Origin: Fidelibacterota bacterium
GTDB lineage: Bacteria > Fidelibacterota > UBA8477 > JABMPR01
DNA: 64,000 nucleotides
Assembly: GCA_013203185.1 (NCBI GenBank)
Contig: JABMOS010000118.1
Coordinates: 23,006 to 87,005, forward strand
Direction: 5' to 3'
The notes beneath the pieces were generated by a model that was given only the letters and a program-made list of their open reading frames with translations, was not told where the DNA came from and did no database searches. Both the position numbers and the translations under genes were made by a program. Of the stretch, positions 35,076-44,271 are shown in pieces (the first letter of the stretch is position 1; each line of letters begins with the position of its first letter).

Positions 35076-36343
35076 AAATACTTTTTTATTCTTTCTACAA
35101 TCTTCTTCTTTTAATAGCTATACCAGTCTTTTGGATCGGAGCTTTTTTTAATAGCAAACTTGGCGGCAGTTTTACTGGCCAGAAGGATATTACTTCAAGA
35201 GTTATACGTTTTAAGGATAAAGTTAATTCTAACCCCAAACCTATCATTTGGACTCATTCTGCCTCAGCAGGAGAGTTTGAGCAAATGCGTCCAGTTTTAT
35301 CACGGCTATCTAAAATGGATGTGTACATCTTCCAGACTTTCACTTCAGCTACAATCTATTACAAAGCCTCACAGAATAAGATTTTCCATGGTGTCTGCTT
35401 TTTACCCTGGGATCTATATTCTAGAGTGAATCGTTTCGTTACACTTCTCAAGCCCGACTTATTCATTAATACCAGACATGATATCTGGCCGAATCTCCAA
35501 CTTTCAGTCCAGCGCAATCAGATCAGAAATATTTTAATCAATGCAAACCTATATCAGGATTCGAAACGACTCCTCCCTCTCTTTCGTGGGATCAACTCGC
35601 TTGTATTTAATCAAATCAATCACATTTATACTGGATCATCTACTCTTGAATCCCTGCTCAAGCAAATCTATGCTGGTCCGATTGATGTGGTAGGTGACTC
35701 ACGGTTCGACCAAGTTCAGGAAAGAGCTCTCAGCAACACAGAAATGTTGATAACTGAGGATTTGCTTGCTGACCGACGGGTCGTTGTATATGGTTCCGTA
35801 GGTGATACAGATTTAAAAATTATCACAGCGGCTATTGCTCAGGCTAATACCAATAGGGCTTTCATGCATATTATCGTACCCCATGAAACTGCTGAACGGG
35901 ATCTCATTCCCTGGGAGGCTGAACTCTTTCGCCAAAAGGTAAAATCCATACGAAAATCTGAGATTGATCAGTTCAAAGATGAAACCGTCATGATTTGGGA
36001 TAGCGTGGGACAATTGGCCGACTTGTATAAATATGCTAATCTGGCATTTATTGGAGCAGGATTTGGTGCTGGAGTACACTCTGTTACAGAAGCAGCCATA
36101 TTCAATGTCCCCTGTTCACATGGCCCCAAATATGACATCCTCGCTGAAGCAATAGATTTGGTTAATGAAGGTCTCTCAACAGTGACAAATGAAGTTCCGG
36201 ACCTCATCAGCTTTTTAACCATGCCCGACACTAGCATCACCGAGCTCTCATTGAAAATTGAATCCTTTGTCAAGCATCGACTTGGAGCCACTGATAAAAT
36301 ATTTGAAAACGAACCCCTTCTGAGATCTTTTATTCCACGATAA
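35072..36343 (+). CDS. waaA: 3-deoxy-D-manno-octulosonic acid transferase family (GT30)
   Basis: N-terminal membrane-associated helix, PIIWTHSASAGEFEQMRPVLSRL (cf. WaaA SVSVGE), LPWDL, TRHDIWPNL and INANL, collinear with E. coli WaaA as recalled. Confidence 0.8.
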   Translation: MKILFYSFYNLLLLIAIPVFWIGAFFNSKLGGSFTGQKDITSRVIRFKDKVNSNPKPIIWTHSASAGEFEQMRPVLSRLSKMDVYIFQTFTSATIYYKASQNKIFHGVCFLPWDLYSRVNRFVTLLKPDLFINTRHDIWPNLQLSVQRNQIRNILINANLYQDSKRLLPLFRGINSLVFNQINHIYTGSSTLESLLKQIYAGPIDVVGDSRFDQVQERALSNTEMLITEDLLADRRVVVYGSVGDTDLKIITAAIAQANTNRAFMHIIVPHETAERDLIPWEAELFRQKVKSIRKSEIDQFKDETVMIWDSVGQLADLYKYANLAFIGAGFGAGVHSVTEAAIFNVPCSHGPKYDILAEAIDLVNEGLSTVTNEVPDLISFLTMPDTSITELSLKIESFVKHRLGATDKIFENEPLLRSFIPR

Positions 36344-37994
36344 AATCAAATAGTAACTCCTGGCCGAAATCTGGTGGGAAAGACAGCAGCGTATCTCCAG
36401 ACATCGATTCAAAGAGCACTAATCCATCCATCCCTACCTGGCTGGGTGCCGCGTTCCTGTTCCACCAATGTCGTGATATCCCATCTTCCATCTCATCACT
36501 GAATTTGAACTGATACATGCCCTTGGCTAAATCAACAGGTATTCTATAGTTTGTGCTGTCCTTAAAATCATCCATATAGTACCAGATCAACCCTGACATA
36601 TCACTAATATAGTATTTATTCTCTGCCGAACGCCCGAGGTTATTTGTTTGTATGGATAGAACAAACTTATGAGGAAAACTAACGGGCTTTTGAAAGTGTG
36701 AAGTTAAAGTATTGTTTTCAGGGTATTCATCAAGCATTGGTTTGGGAAGTACAAGATGCACCTGAAACCTTCCAGATTCCCTCATCTGTTTCCTACTCAA
36801 TGCTGGAAGAACGACTTCTTCGGATTCAAGGAACTCTAGATTGCCTTTCCAGTTAAATTTCTTCTTCCTATGTCCTGCAATTCCATAAGTAATATTCAAA
36901 TCCCTTATGGGATATGCTCCCTCATTTTTGATAATTATGATTGGATTACCACCACTGGGATTCATTCTTGAATATTGGTCTTTAGCGTTGGGTACAAGTA
37001 TCTGAACAACAGCAGCATTATAATTGAAATGTGGTGGGCCAAAGCTGAACAATTGGTGGCTCATCCTCAAGGTTCCATCCTTTTCCCCATTGTCCATAAA
37101 TGGTTCAATAGTATAGTCCAGAGTAATGGTGTCTCCAGGGGATACTTTTGGTGTCAGTTCAAACATGTATTCATCTACTTTTGTTCCTGGGCACCAACCA
37201 GCCCTATCAAATGCCCAGGTTCCACCTTGTGGATATATTGGATTATTCCCACAATCTTTCCATACATTCCATCTGTAGGTCTCCCAACTGTTTAAACGGT
37301 AGGTATGAGTCTTGCTATCCCATTCACAGCAATTGTATGGCCCTGCATGACCATGTCCTGATATAGTCGCTTTGAGACTGAAAGCTGCGGCCGCCTCAGA
37401 AAGTACAATCTGCCTTTCTTTTAATAAGCTATCTGTAGAAAGATATTCGTACTTATACTCCCCATAAGGATACACGTTTTCTACTGACAACACCTGTCTT
37501 GCAGGTGTTCCTCGAATAAACAGAAACTGCAGGTTTAGCAATTCTTGGTTATTGCCTGCAATTATATTACGAGCGCCCTTTAGGAGCGGCGCATACTCAG
37601 TTATATCATACACCCACTTCCAACCGCTCTCACCTCCAAGTTTTAATCGTTTCCCATATGGCGTGACAAAACTTCCAAGTGTGAATAGCTCTGTACTATC
37701 CCCCTGTGGAACTTCGATAAATATATTCCAAATGTAATCCCACTCACCACATGGGTATGCATCACCAGCAGTGGCAGTATCACATTTTAAGGTCTGAACC
37801 ATAAATATTTGCGACCACCTGCTATCATCATCAGGAAAGTTGACAACTGTTTTATACTGTGCATTCCACCCCAATGGGCTTGGTTCATCAAAAGTAATGG
37901 GGGTGAATTGTAAGGTGTCACCAGACCAGGATTGACTTAAGCAAACTGACAATGGTGACCCAGTAACTAGTATAAATAGCAATACTCGATACAT
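36330..37994 (-). CDS. Secreted PNGase F-like peptide-N-glycosidase (glycoamidase) with ~220-aa C-terminal extension
   Basis: Signal peptide MYRVLLFILVTGSPLSVCLSQ. Collinear with Elizabethkingia PNGase F as recalled: CGEWDY (CDEWDR), LGSFVTPYG (IGRFITPY), TISGHGHAG (TISGWGHA), CCEWD (CAEW) and AFDRAGWCPG (APDRAGWCPG). Confidence 0.7.
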   Translation of the reverse strand: MYRVLLFILVTGSPLSVCLSQSWSGDTLQFTPITFDEPSPLGWNAQYKTVVNFPDDDSRWSQIFMVQTLKCDTATAGDAYPCGEWDYIWNIFIEVPQGDSTELFTLGSFVTPYGKRLKLGGESGWKWVYDITEYAPLLKGARNIIAGNNQELLNLQFLFIRGTPARQVLSVENVYPYGEYKYEYLSTDSLLKERQIVLSEAAAAFSLKATISGHGHAGPYNCCEWDSKTHTYRLNSWETYRWNVWKDCGNNPIYPQGGTWAFDRAGWCPGTKVDEYMFELTPKVSPGDTITLDYTIEPFMDNGEKDGTLRMSHQLFSFGPPHFNYNAAVVQILVPNAKDQYSRMNPSGGNPIIIIKNEGAYPIRDLNITYGIAGHRKKKFNWKGNLEFLESEEVVLPALSRKQMRESGRFQVHLVLPKPMLDEYPENNTLTSHFQKPVSFPHKFVLSIQTNNLGRSAENKYYISDMSGLIWYYMDDFKDSTNYRIPVDLAKGMYQFKFSDEMEDGISRHWWNRNAAPSQVGMDGLVLFESMSGDTLLSFPPDFGQELLFDFIVE

Positions 37995-38063
37995 ATTATT
38001 CCAGCTCCCATATATAGGTTTTAGCGTAATGTTTTAAGTGATCTGTATATTAAATATAAATAT

Positions 38064-38102
38064 GCCCCCTATTACCAGTGATATATCTGGCAATAGAGGG
38101 GC
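38064..38102 (-). terminator. Probable rho-independent terminator after tpx
   Basis: Minus strand: GCCCCUCUAUUGCCAG-auauauca-CUGGUAAUAGGGGGC. About 15 bp with one bulge and one G-U pair, followed by AUAUUUAUAUUU. It lies 32 nt after the tpx stop. Confidence 0.6.
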
Positions 38103-38133
38103 AATTAATTAAATGACCTATAGATCAAGAGTT

Positions 38134-38634
38134 TTATCCCAGCTTGGCAACAACCTCATCATAGTTAGGTTCATCAGATAAAACTGGAACTTGCTGTGTG
38201 TACTCAATGATACCATTAGCATTTACTATAATGACCACTCTGGATAGGAACCCTTTCATAGGACCATCAATAAGTTGAAGTCCATAGTCCTTCCCAAATT
38301 GTCCGGTTTCGAAATCAGAAAGTGTGTGGACATTTTCAAGTCCCTCAGCACCACAAAACCGTGACTGTGCAAACGGAGTATCTCTGGAGATACACAAAAC
38401 CTTGGTGTCAGGTAGCTTCCCTGCCAACTCGTTAAAATACCTAACAGATGCGGCACATGTTCCAGTGTCAAGACTTGGGAAAATATTGAGTACCAGTCGT
38501 GAGCCACTAAAGTCTTCCATTGAAACGCGAGCAAGGTTTTTTGCCACAAGTTCAAAGTCCTGTGCCTGTGTCCCCACTTCTGGCAGTTCACCAATAGTAT
38601 GTATGGGATTATCCCTGAGTTTTATTGTAGCCAT
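38134..38634 (-). CDS. tpx: Thiol peroxidase (atypical 2-Cys peroxiredoxin)
   Basis: FPSLDTGTCAAS (peroxidatic Cys motif) and the resolving Cys in FAQSRFCGAEG. 166 aa. Confidence 0.92.
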   Translation of the reverse strand: MATIKLRDNPIHTIGELPEVGTQAQDFELVAKNLARVSMEDFSGSRLVLNIFPSLDTGTCAASVRYFNELAGKLPDTKVLCISRDTPFAQSRFCGAEGLENVHTLSDFETGQFGKDYGLQLIDGPMKGFLSRVVIIVNANGIIEYTQQVPVLSDEPNYDEVVAKLG

Positions 38635-38728
38635 ATTCTTTATCCCTTCTAGTAATATTATTATTGATATTGTGGATTATGACGGAGTATATCAATTCGT
38701 AGCCAAAACTTAAATTAATTTGATGCGT

Positions 38729-39658
38729 TTAATTTACCTGGTCCTGTGGGAGATCAAGCAATAAATCCCTGAGAGCTGCATTAAGTTCAGGATAAACAAA
38801 TTTATATCCTGATTCGATAATCTTTTCTGCAGACACCCTCGACCCCTCGAGGACAATTACAGCCATTTCACCGAGCAACATGCGCAAAATAGTGGCTGGA
38901 ACTTTTGGTAAAAAAAACGGCTTCTTTAATATGTTTGCTACAAGTCGCATGAACGATTCATTATTCGTTGATTCTGGAGCGACGGCATTGTAAGAACCAT
39001 TCATTCCTTCAGCTTCGATAGACTGAATCAATATTCCGACCAAATCATCAATATGAATCCAGGGGATATATTGTTTTCCATCACCCAGTGCCGAGCCCAC
39101 ACCATATTTTATGGGTAACATCATTTTTGGTAAAGCACCACCCTCCCGTGCCAGCACCACACCAATACGCAGGATGACTGACCTAATCCCCAGCTTCGAA
39201 ATTTCACCAGCCGGTTTCTCCCAGGTTTCACAGGTATTACCTAAAAAATCGGAGGCAGGAGAGTCGTTTTCGCTAAATACTTTTTCACTGGTTTCAGCGC
39301 CGTAATATCCCACAGCTGAAGCAGAGATAAATGCTTTTATCTTTTTATTGTTCTCACGGATGCTATTTGTTAAGAGTTGACCTGATTTGACACGGCTATC
39401 AGCAATTTCCTGCTTTCTGGTATTGGTCCATTTTTTTTCACTGATGTTTACACCAGCCAGGTTCACCACATAATCGGCTCTGGCAATCGCCTCATGGGCT
39501 ATCTCCTGTTCCTCAGGATTCCATGTGTATGTTGAATACTTCAAACTGGAAGCGTTCTTCCTGCTTAGTAACATGACTTCATAGCCTCTTTCAGATAACG
39601 CTGCTGAAAGTCGCTGGCCTACTAAACCAGTTCCACCGGAAATTAGAACAGTACTCAT
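38729..39658 (-). CDS. TIGR01777/YfcH-type SDR epimerase-family protein (with DUF1731 C-terminus)
   Basis: ISGGTGLVGQRL Rossmann motif; the length and C-terminal region are typical of the YfcH/SDR39U1 family. Confidence 0.8.
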   Translation of the reverse strand: MSTVLISGGTGLVGQRLSAALSERGYEVMLLSRKNASSLKYSTYTWNPEEQEIAHEAIARADYVVNLAGVNISEKKWTNTRKQEIADSRVKSGQLLTNSIRENNKKIKAFISASAVGYYGAETSEKVFSENDSPASDFLGNTCETWEKPAGEISKLGIRSVILRIGVVLAREGGALPKMMLPIKYGVGSALGDGKQYIPWIHIDDLVGILIQSIEAEGMNGSYNAVAPESTNNESFMRLVANILKKPFFLPKVPATILRMLLGEMAVIVLEGSRVSAEKIIESGYKFVYPELNAALRDLLLDLPQDQVN

Positions 39659-39696
39659 ATTTGTGATCTCATATTAATTGGCATTGAGTAAAACAC

Positions 39697-40128
39697 TCAC
39701 TTTTGAATTTCCCATGCTTCAACATCTCCGTCGATCAAATTGAATAGAGGATGGAGCTGCAATTCGATAGTCTCGCTCAGCTTGTGATATTTAGTCAGAT
39801 TCCTGACCCTTAATTTTCCCAAGAGATGATCATGTTCATAGAGAATCTGTCCTGTGGTCACCGGCATAAATTTTACATCCAGGGATGACCCTATTTTGCT
39901 CTCATCAAAATTGTACCCTCGTTGTTTGGCTTCTTCGAGAATAGCTGAAAGATATGCATTAATTTGGCGAAGTGGATGACTTGTGGCTTTAAATCGTTCA
40001 AGTTGGGGATGATTTGAATATCTCTTGGTTCTACCTTCAAGGACATTTTTTGCCAGCAAAGCCTCTCGCCAGAGAGCGACAAGCCCCTTACTATCTAAAT
40101 ACTTGGGATGAAGTGACCAGATTCTCAT
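39697..40128 (-). CDS. Pyrimidine dimer DNA glycosylase family protein (endonuclease V/DenV-like)
   Basis: MRIWSLHPKYLDSKGLVALWREALLAK is the characteristic N-terminus of this family. Confidence 0.75.
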   Translation of the reverse strand: MRIWSLHPKYLDSKGLVALWREALLAKNVLEGRTKRYSNHPQLERFKATSHPLRQINAYLSAILEEAKQRGYNFDESKIGSSLDVKFMPVTTGQILYEHDHLLGKLRVRNLTKYHKLSETIELQLHPLFNLIDGDVEAWEIQK

Positions 40129-40191
40129 TATTTCAACCTATAGCATATTAGGAATCAGGAAATAATATAAGTATAAACCTTGAATCTTTTG

Positions 40192-41463
40192 TTAGGCAGT
40201 TTTGCGGCCTGAGGAACGTCCTCGTTTAGGTCGACCACCTCCACCGGCGTTTGAAGGTTTGGATTTTTTCCGAAGCCCATAAGGCACTGCTGCATCTTTA
40301 GCTGTTACTTCTGGCTTATAATTCACAAAGGGATGTTCTGACACAATCTTAATTTTCTGTTTGATCAATTTTTCGATATCCCGGAGAAATGCCTTTTCCT
40401 CGTCATCGCAAAAGGATATGGCCATACCACTCAAGCCAGCTCTTCCTGTTCGTCCGATGCGGTGGACATAAGTCTCAGAAATATTGGGAAGGTCATAGTT
40501 AACCACATGAGACAATTCATCAATATCTATACCACGGGCGGCAATGTCAGTTGCAACCAGAACTTTTGTCGCCCCATTTTTAAAATTTCCCAATGCCCTT
40601 TGACGAGCGGTTTGTGATTTATTGCTGTGAATAGCTTCAGCTGAAATACCAGCTCGATCCAATAGTTTGACAATTTTATTGGCGCCATGTTTTGTTCGAG
40701 AAAACACCAGGACAGATTCCATGGGCATGGTTTGTAATAAATGAATGAGCAGTTTTGTTTTACCTGGTTTATTGACATAATAAACAGCTTGTTCAACTTT
40801 TTCCGCCGTTGTTTGATCTGGTGTTACAGAAACTTTCTCAGGATTCCCAAGAATCTTCCGTGATAAGGCCACAATATCTGGAGGCATCGTCGCGGAGAAA
40901 AATAAGGATTGGCGCTTTGGTGGCAATAGAGCTATGAGTTTTTTAATATCATGAATGAACCCCATATCCAACATTCTGTCTGCCTCGTCCAGAACTGAGT
41001 ATTCCACATCCTTCAAACTTATGAATCCCTGGCCGATGAGATCCAGGAGGCGTCCTGGCGTTGCAACCAAAACATCGATACCTCTTTCAAGGATTTTCGT
41101 CTGGGCGCCCTGTTTTACACCGCCAAAAATGACCGTATTTTTAATGCCAGTATGCTGTCCATAGACACTGAAACTTTCACCGATCTGTATGGCCAGCTCT
41201 CGAGTAGGGGTAACAATAAGGGCCTTAATTTTCCGTCGACCTCTTTGGTCTTGGCGATTTTGCAGCTTCAGATAAAGATGTTGCAGAATGGGGATGGCGA
41301 AGGCAGCTGTTTTTCCAGTGCCCGTCTGAGCGCAGCCCAGTAGATCCTTACCCTGCAAGAGAATAGGAATGGACTGCTCTTGGATGGGGGTTGGATTTGT
41401 ATAGCCCTCGGCACTCAATGCCCTGAGAATAGGGTCAATAACCCCAAGCTGTTGAAAGGTCAT
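40192..41463 (-). CDS. rhlE: DEAD-box ATP-dependent RNA helicase, RhlE-like
   Basis: Q-motif region, [21 protein letters not shown] and [10 protein letters not shown]. Basic Gly/Arg C-terminal tail. Confidence 0.9.
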   Translation of the reverse strand: MTFQQLGVIDPILRALSAEGYTNPTPIQEQSIPILLQGKDLLGCAQTGTGKTAAFAIPILQHLYLKLQNRQDQRGRRKIKALIVTPTRELAIQIGESFSVYGQHTGIKNTVIFGGVKQGAQTKILERGIDVLVATPGRLLDLIGQGFISLKDVEYSVLDEADRMLDMGFIHDIKKLIALLPPKRQSLFFSATMPPDIVALSRKILGNPEKVSVTPDQTTAEKVEQAVYYVNKPGKTKLLIHLLQTMPMESVLVFSRTKHGANKIVKLLDRAGISAEAIHSNKSQTARQRALGNFKNGATKVLVATDIAARGIDIDELSHVVNYDLPNISETYVHRIGRTGRAGLSGMAISFCDDEEKAFLRDIEKLIKQKIKIVSEHPFVNYKPEVTAKDAAVPYGLRKKSKPSNAGGGGRPKRGRSSGRKTA

Positions 41464-41472
41464 ACTAGTCTA

Positions 41473-43305
41473 TCACTTCTTGTTACTTCGGCGCGGACTA
41501 ATTCCGCTCTTTTTACTTCTGCTACCACGTCTTCCACTCTTAGTGATTCCATATTCTTTTTGCTTGGAGAATTTTTTGTTCTTGGTTGGCAGCGGGGTAG
41601 GTTTATCGGTAGAAACCTCAAGTTGAACTTTGACGCCTTCATGTTCCCGACCATGTAATTTTTCAACCAGTGTGTTCACCACGCCCTGTTCAATATCGAA
41701 GAAGGCAAACTTCTTCATTATTTCTATAGCACCTACATCAGCTTCATTGGAGTTTAAAGTTTTATTTATTAATCCAATCAAACGAGTTGGCGTTAAATCA
41801 TTTTTCATACCCAGATTAATAAACAATCTGGTGAAAGTTTTATGGTGGGGACCTTGCTCTTTCCGACTATCCACCCTGTCGCCGCGTTTGTTACTATCTC
41901 GTCTGCTGGCTGGATTGTCGCCGTGCTTGTTTCTATCTCTTCGACCAGGACGTTCCCCACGTTCCGGTTTGTCGTCGGCCGAAACATTGATATCTGTAGC
42001 ATGCTTGTAGTAGGCCAGGAAGCGATTGAATTCTGCTGATACGAAATGCTTAATAAGTTCCTCTCGGCTCAACCATTCCAGCTTTTCATAGATGGCTGGC
42101 ATGAAGGGTCCAATCTGCTTTTCGTCAACATCAACTTTTTCAATTTTATCAATCAAAGAGTATAGCTGTTTGGTACAAATATCTTTTCCAGTGGGAACCA
42201 GTTCCTTTGTGAATTTTACCTTAAATTTACTTTCGATGGATCTGATTTTTCCAAACTCACGGGTATGAATGATGGCAATAGAAATACCACTCTTTCCAGC
42301 CCTGCCAGTTCTACCGCTTCGATGGATATACACTTCTGAATCATCAGGTAGATTGTAGTTTATCACATGGGTAAGATCGTTAATATCCAAGCCGCGGGCA
42401 GCAACATCAGTTGCTACTAAAATTTGGATTTTTTTGGTTCGGAATCTTTTCATCACTTCATCGCGTTGAGCCTGGGACAATTCACCATGCAAGGCATCTG
42501 CATTGTACCCATCATGCATAAACTTGTGCGCTGTATCTTTTGTCTCTTGTCTGGTGCGACAAAAGACCAGCCCATAAATGCTTGGATTTGAATCTGCGAT
42601 TCGCTTTAGAACTTCATATCTATTCTTGGCCTGAACCATATAGTAAATGTGCTTAACGTTTACAGCGCCAGTATTCATTTTTGAAGCAGCGATCTCAATG
42701 GGATTGTCCATGTAAGTTTTGGTCATTCGCTGTACTTCTTTTGACATGGTGGCTGAGAACAAAAGTGTTTGCTTGGTGGCTGAAGTTTCTGCCAAGATGG
42801 CATCCAGGTCTTCCTTGAAGCCCATATTAAGCATCTCATCAGCTTCATCTAAAATCACTCGTTCAACATTCCCAAGGAGCAATTTTCTTCGCTTAATTAA
42901 GTCTTTGGCTCGACCTGGTGTGGCCACTACGATTTGAGCAGCTTTTCTCAGTGCCTTCATCTGTGTATCAATAGGAGCACCACCATAAACTGGGACGACG
43001 CCTATTTCTTTGATGTATTTAGCATAATTATTCAGATCCTTGGAAATCTGGATACAGAGTTCCCTGGTCGGGCAAAGGATGAGTGTCTGTGTTCTTTTGT
43101 CTTCAGGTTTTGTGAGATGTACAGCCGGCAAACCAAAAGCTCCAGTTTTTCCTGTCCCCGTCTGGGCAAAAGCTACCAAATCCTGAGTTGAGGTTAACAA
43201 GTGTGGTATTGTCTGTTCCTGAATAGGGGTTGGTTCTTCAAAACCCAGTTCTTGAATGGCCTTAACAATATCATCATATAGGCCGAGTTGAGCGAAAGCA
43301 TTCAT
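41473..43305 (-). CDS. deaD: DEAD-box ATP-dependent RNA helicase, DeaD/CsdA-like with C-terminal DbpA-type RNA-binding domain and basic tail
   Basis: [21 protein letters not shown] and HRSGRTGRAG. The C-terminal FTRLFINLGMKNDLTPTRLIGLI is DbpA/DeaD-C-like. The track start at 43323 is TTG; ATG at 43305 is preferred. Confidence 0.88.
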   Translation of the reverse strand: MNAFAQLGLYDDIVKAIQELGFEEPTPIQEQTIPHLLTSTQDLVAFAQTGTGKTGAFGLPAVHLTKPEDKRTQTLILCPTRELCIQISKDLNNYAKYIKEIGVVPVYGGAPIDTQMKALRKAAQIVVATPGRAKDLIKRRKLLLGNVERVILDEADEMLNMGFKEDLDAILAETSATKQTLLFSATMSKEVQRMTKTYMDNPIEIAASKMNTGAVNVKHIYYMVQAKNRYEVLKRIADSNPSIYGLVFCRTRQETKDTAHKFMHDGYNADALHGELSQAQRDEVMKRFRTKKIQILVATDVAARGLDINDLTHVINYNLPDDSEVYIHRSGRTGRAGKSGISIAIIHTREFGKIRSIESKFKVKFTKELVPTGKDICTKQLYSLIDKIEKVDVDEKQIGPFMPAIYEKLEWLSREELIKHFVSAEFNRFLAYYKHATDINVSADDKPERGERPGRRDRNKHGDNPASRRDSNKRGDRVDSRKEQGPHHKTFTRLFINLGMKNDLTPTRLIGLINKTLNSNEADVGAIEIMKKFAFFDIEQGVVNTLVEKLHGREHEGVKVQLEVSTDKPTPLPTKNKKFSKQKEYGITKSGRRGSRSKKSGISPRRSNKK

Positions 43306-43577
43306 TTTAATAGTTTGATCCAATTAATATTTAGTATGTTGTTATTTTCATTTCGTTTAGTATAAACGAGTTCAACCCTTCAACTAACCATATCTGAAAA
43401 TGAGGCCAAATCAGCATTTTTGAACTTGAATGGCGACAGGTAAGGCATATAGCCAATCTACATACCCTAAAAAGCCCACAATGAACTCTAAATGATTGAA
43501 ATTTGGGGAAAGATGCTCAACCTCAATGATCAAAATCAGGGAGCGATACAGATTTAGAGGTCTTATTTTTCCACTAC

Positions 43578-44261
43578 TCAGGAGTTTTTACCCGCTTCCT
43601 TGAGTGCCTGCTTAAGAAGTTTGGACATTTTGATATAACCTGCCCTATTGGGATGCACCCCATCATAGGTGTACTTTTCCGTGAAACCATTTTTACTATC
43701 TGCCATAGGAGTGAAATAATCCAGATAGGTAATTCCACTTGTCTGGGCGAATTCCTTCAATAGTTCATTCAACTCTATGATCTGCCCTGCTGGCTGAACC
43801 CCTTTTTTCCAGGGATACTCATAAGCCGGCAATACAGATGATAGAACAACCTTTATGTTGTTGGCACGAGCCAACTCACACATGGATACGATGTGCCCAT
43901 GAATCTCATCCAGGGTCATGGGGCCAGTATTGCCTGCTATATCATTTGTCCCTGCCAGGATAACCACCACATCAGGTTCCAGATCCAGGACATCCTGCCT
44001 AAAGCGCAACAGCATTTGTGGTGTGGTCTGGCCACTGATACCCCGTGGTATGAAGGAGGAATTCTCAAAGAACTCAGGATAATATTTTGGCCATCCCTCA
44101 GTAATGGAATTTCCCATGAGTACCACGCGTGACTCTCCCTTTGAGGGGGGCTTCAGCTTCAGGTTTTCATCCTGGAAGCGTTTGAGATTTGCCCAATCCT
44201 GACCGAGCAGAAGCTGCAGGGAGCAAAAACCAATAAAAACGATCTTCACAAAAACTTTCAT
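43578..44261 (-). CDS. Secreted SGNH/GDSL-family hydrolase
   Basis: Signal peptide; block I VVLMGNSITEGW (Ser nucleophile), block III ILAGTNDI, block V DGVHPN. Confidence 0.8.
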   Translation of the reverse strand: MKVFVKIVFIGFCSLQLLLGQDWANLKRFQDENLKLKPPSKGESRVVLMGNSITEGWPKYYPEFFENSSFIPRGISGQTTPQMLLRFRQDVLDLEPDVVVILAGTNDIAGNTGPMTLDEIHGHIVSMCELARANNIKVVLSSVLPAYEYPWKKGVQPAGQIIELNELLKEFAQTSGITYLDYFTPMADSKNGFTEKYTYDGVHPNRAGYIKMSKLLKQALKEAGKNS

Positions 44262-44271
44262 TTCGGGACTC

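Noticed and set aside
27526-37994. Declaring the glycan locus a horizontally acquired genomic island or mobile element
   Set aside because: It has no flanking tRNA, integrase, transposase or direct repeats, and I see no obvious compositional break by eye. GC and codon statistics were not computed, so accessory status remains a hypothesis needing comparative genomics.
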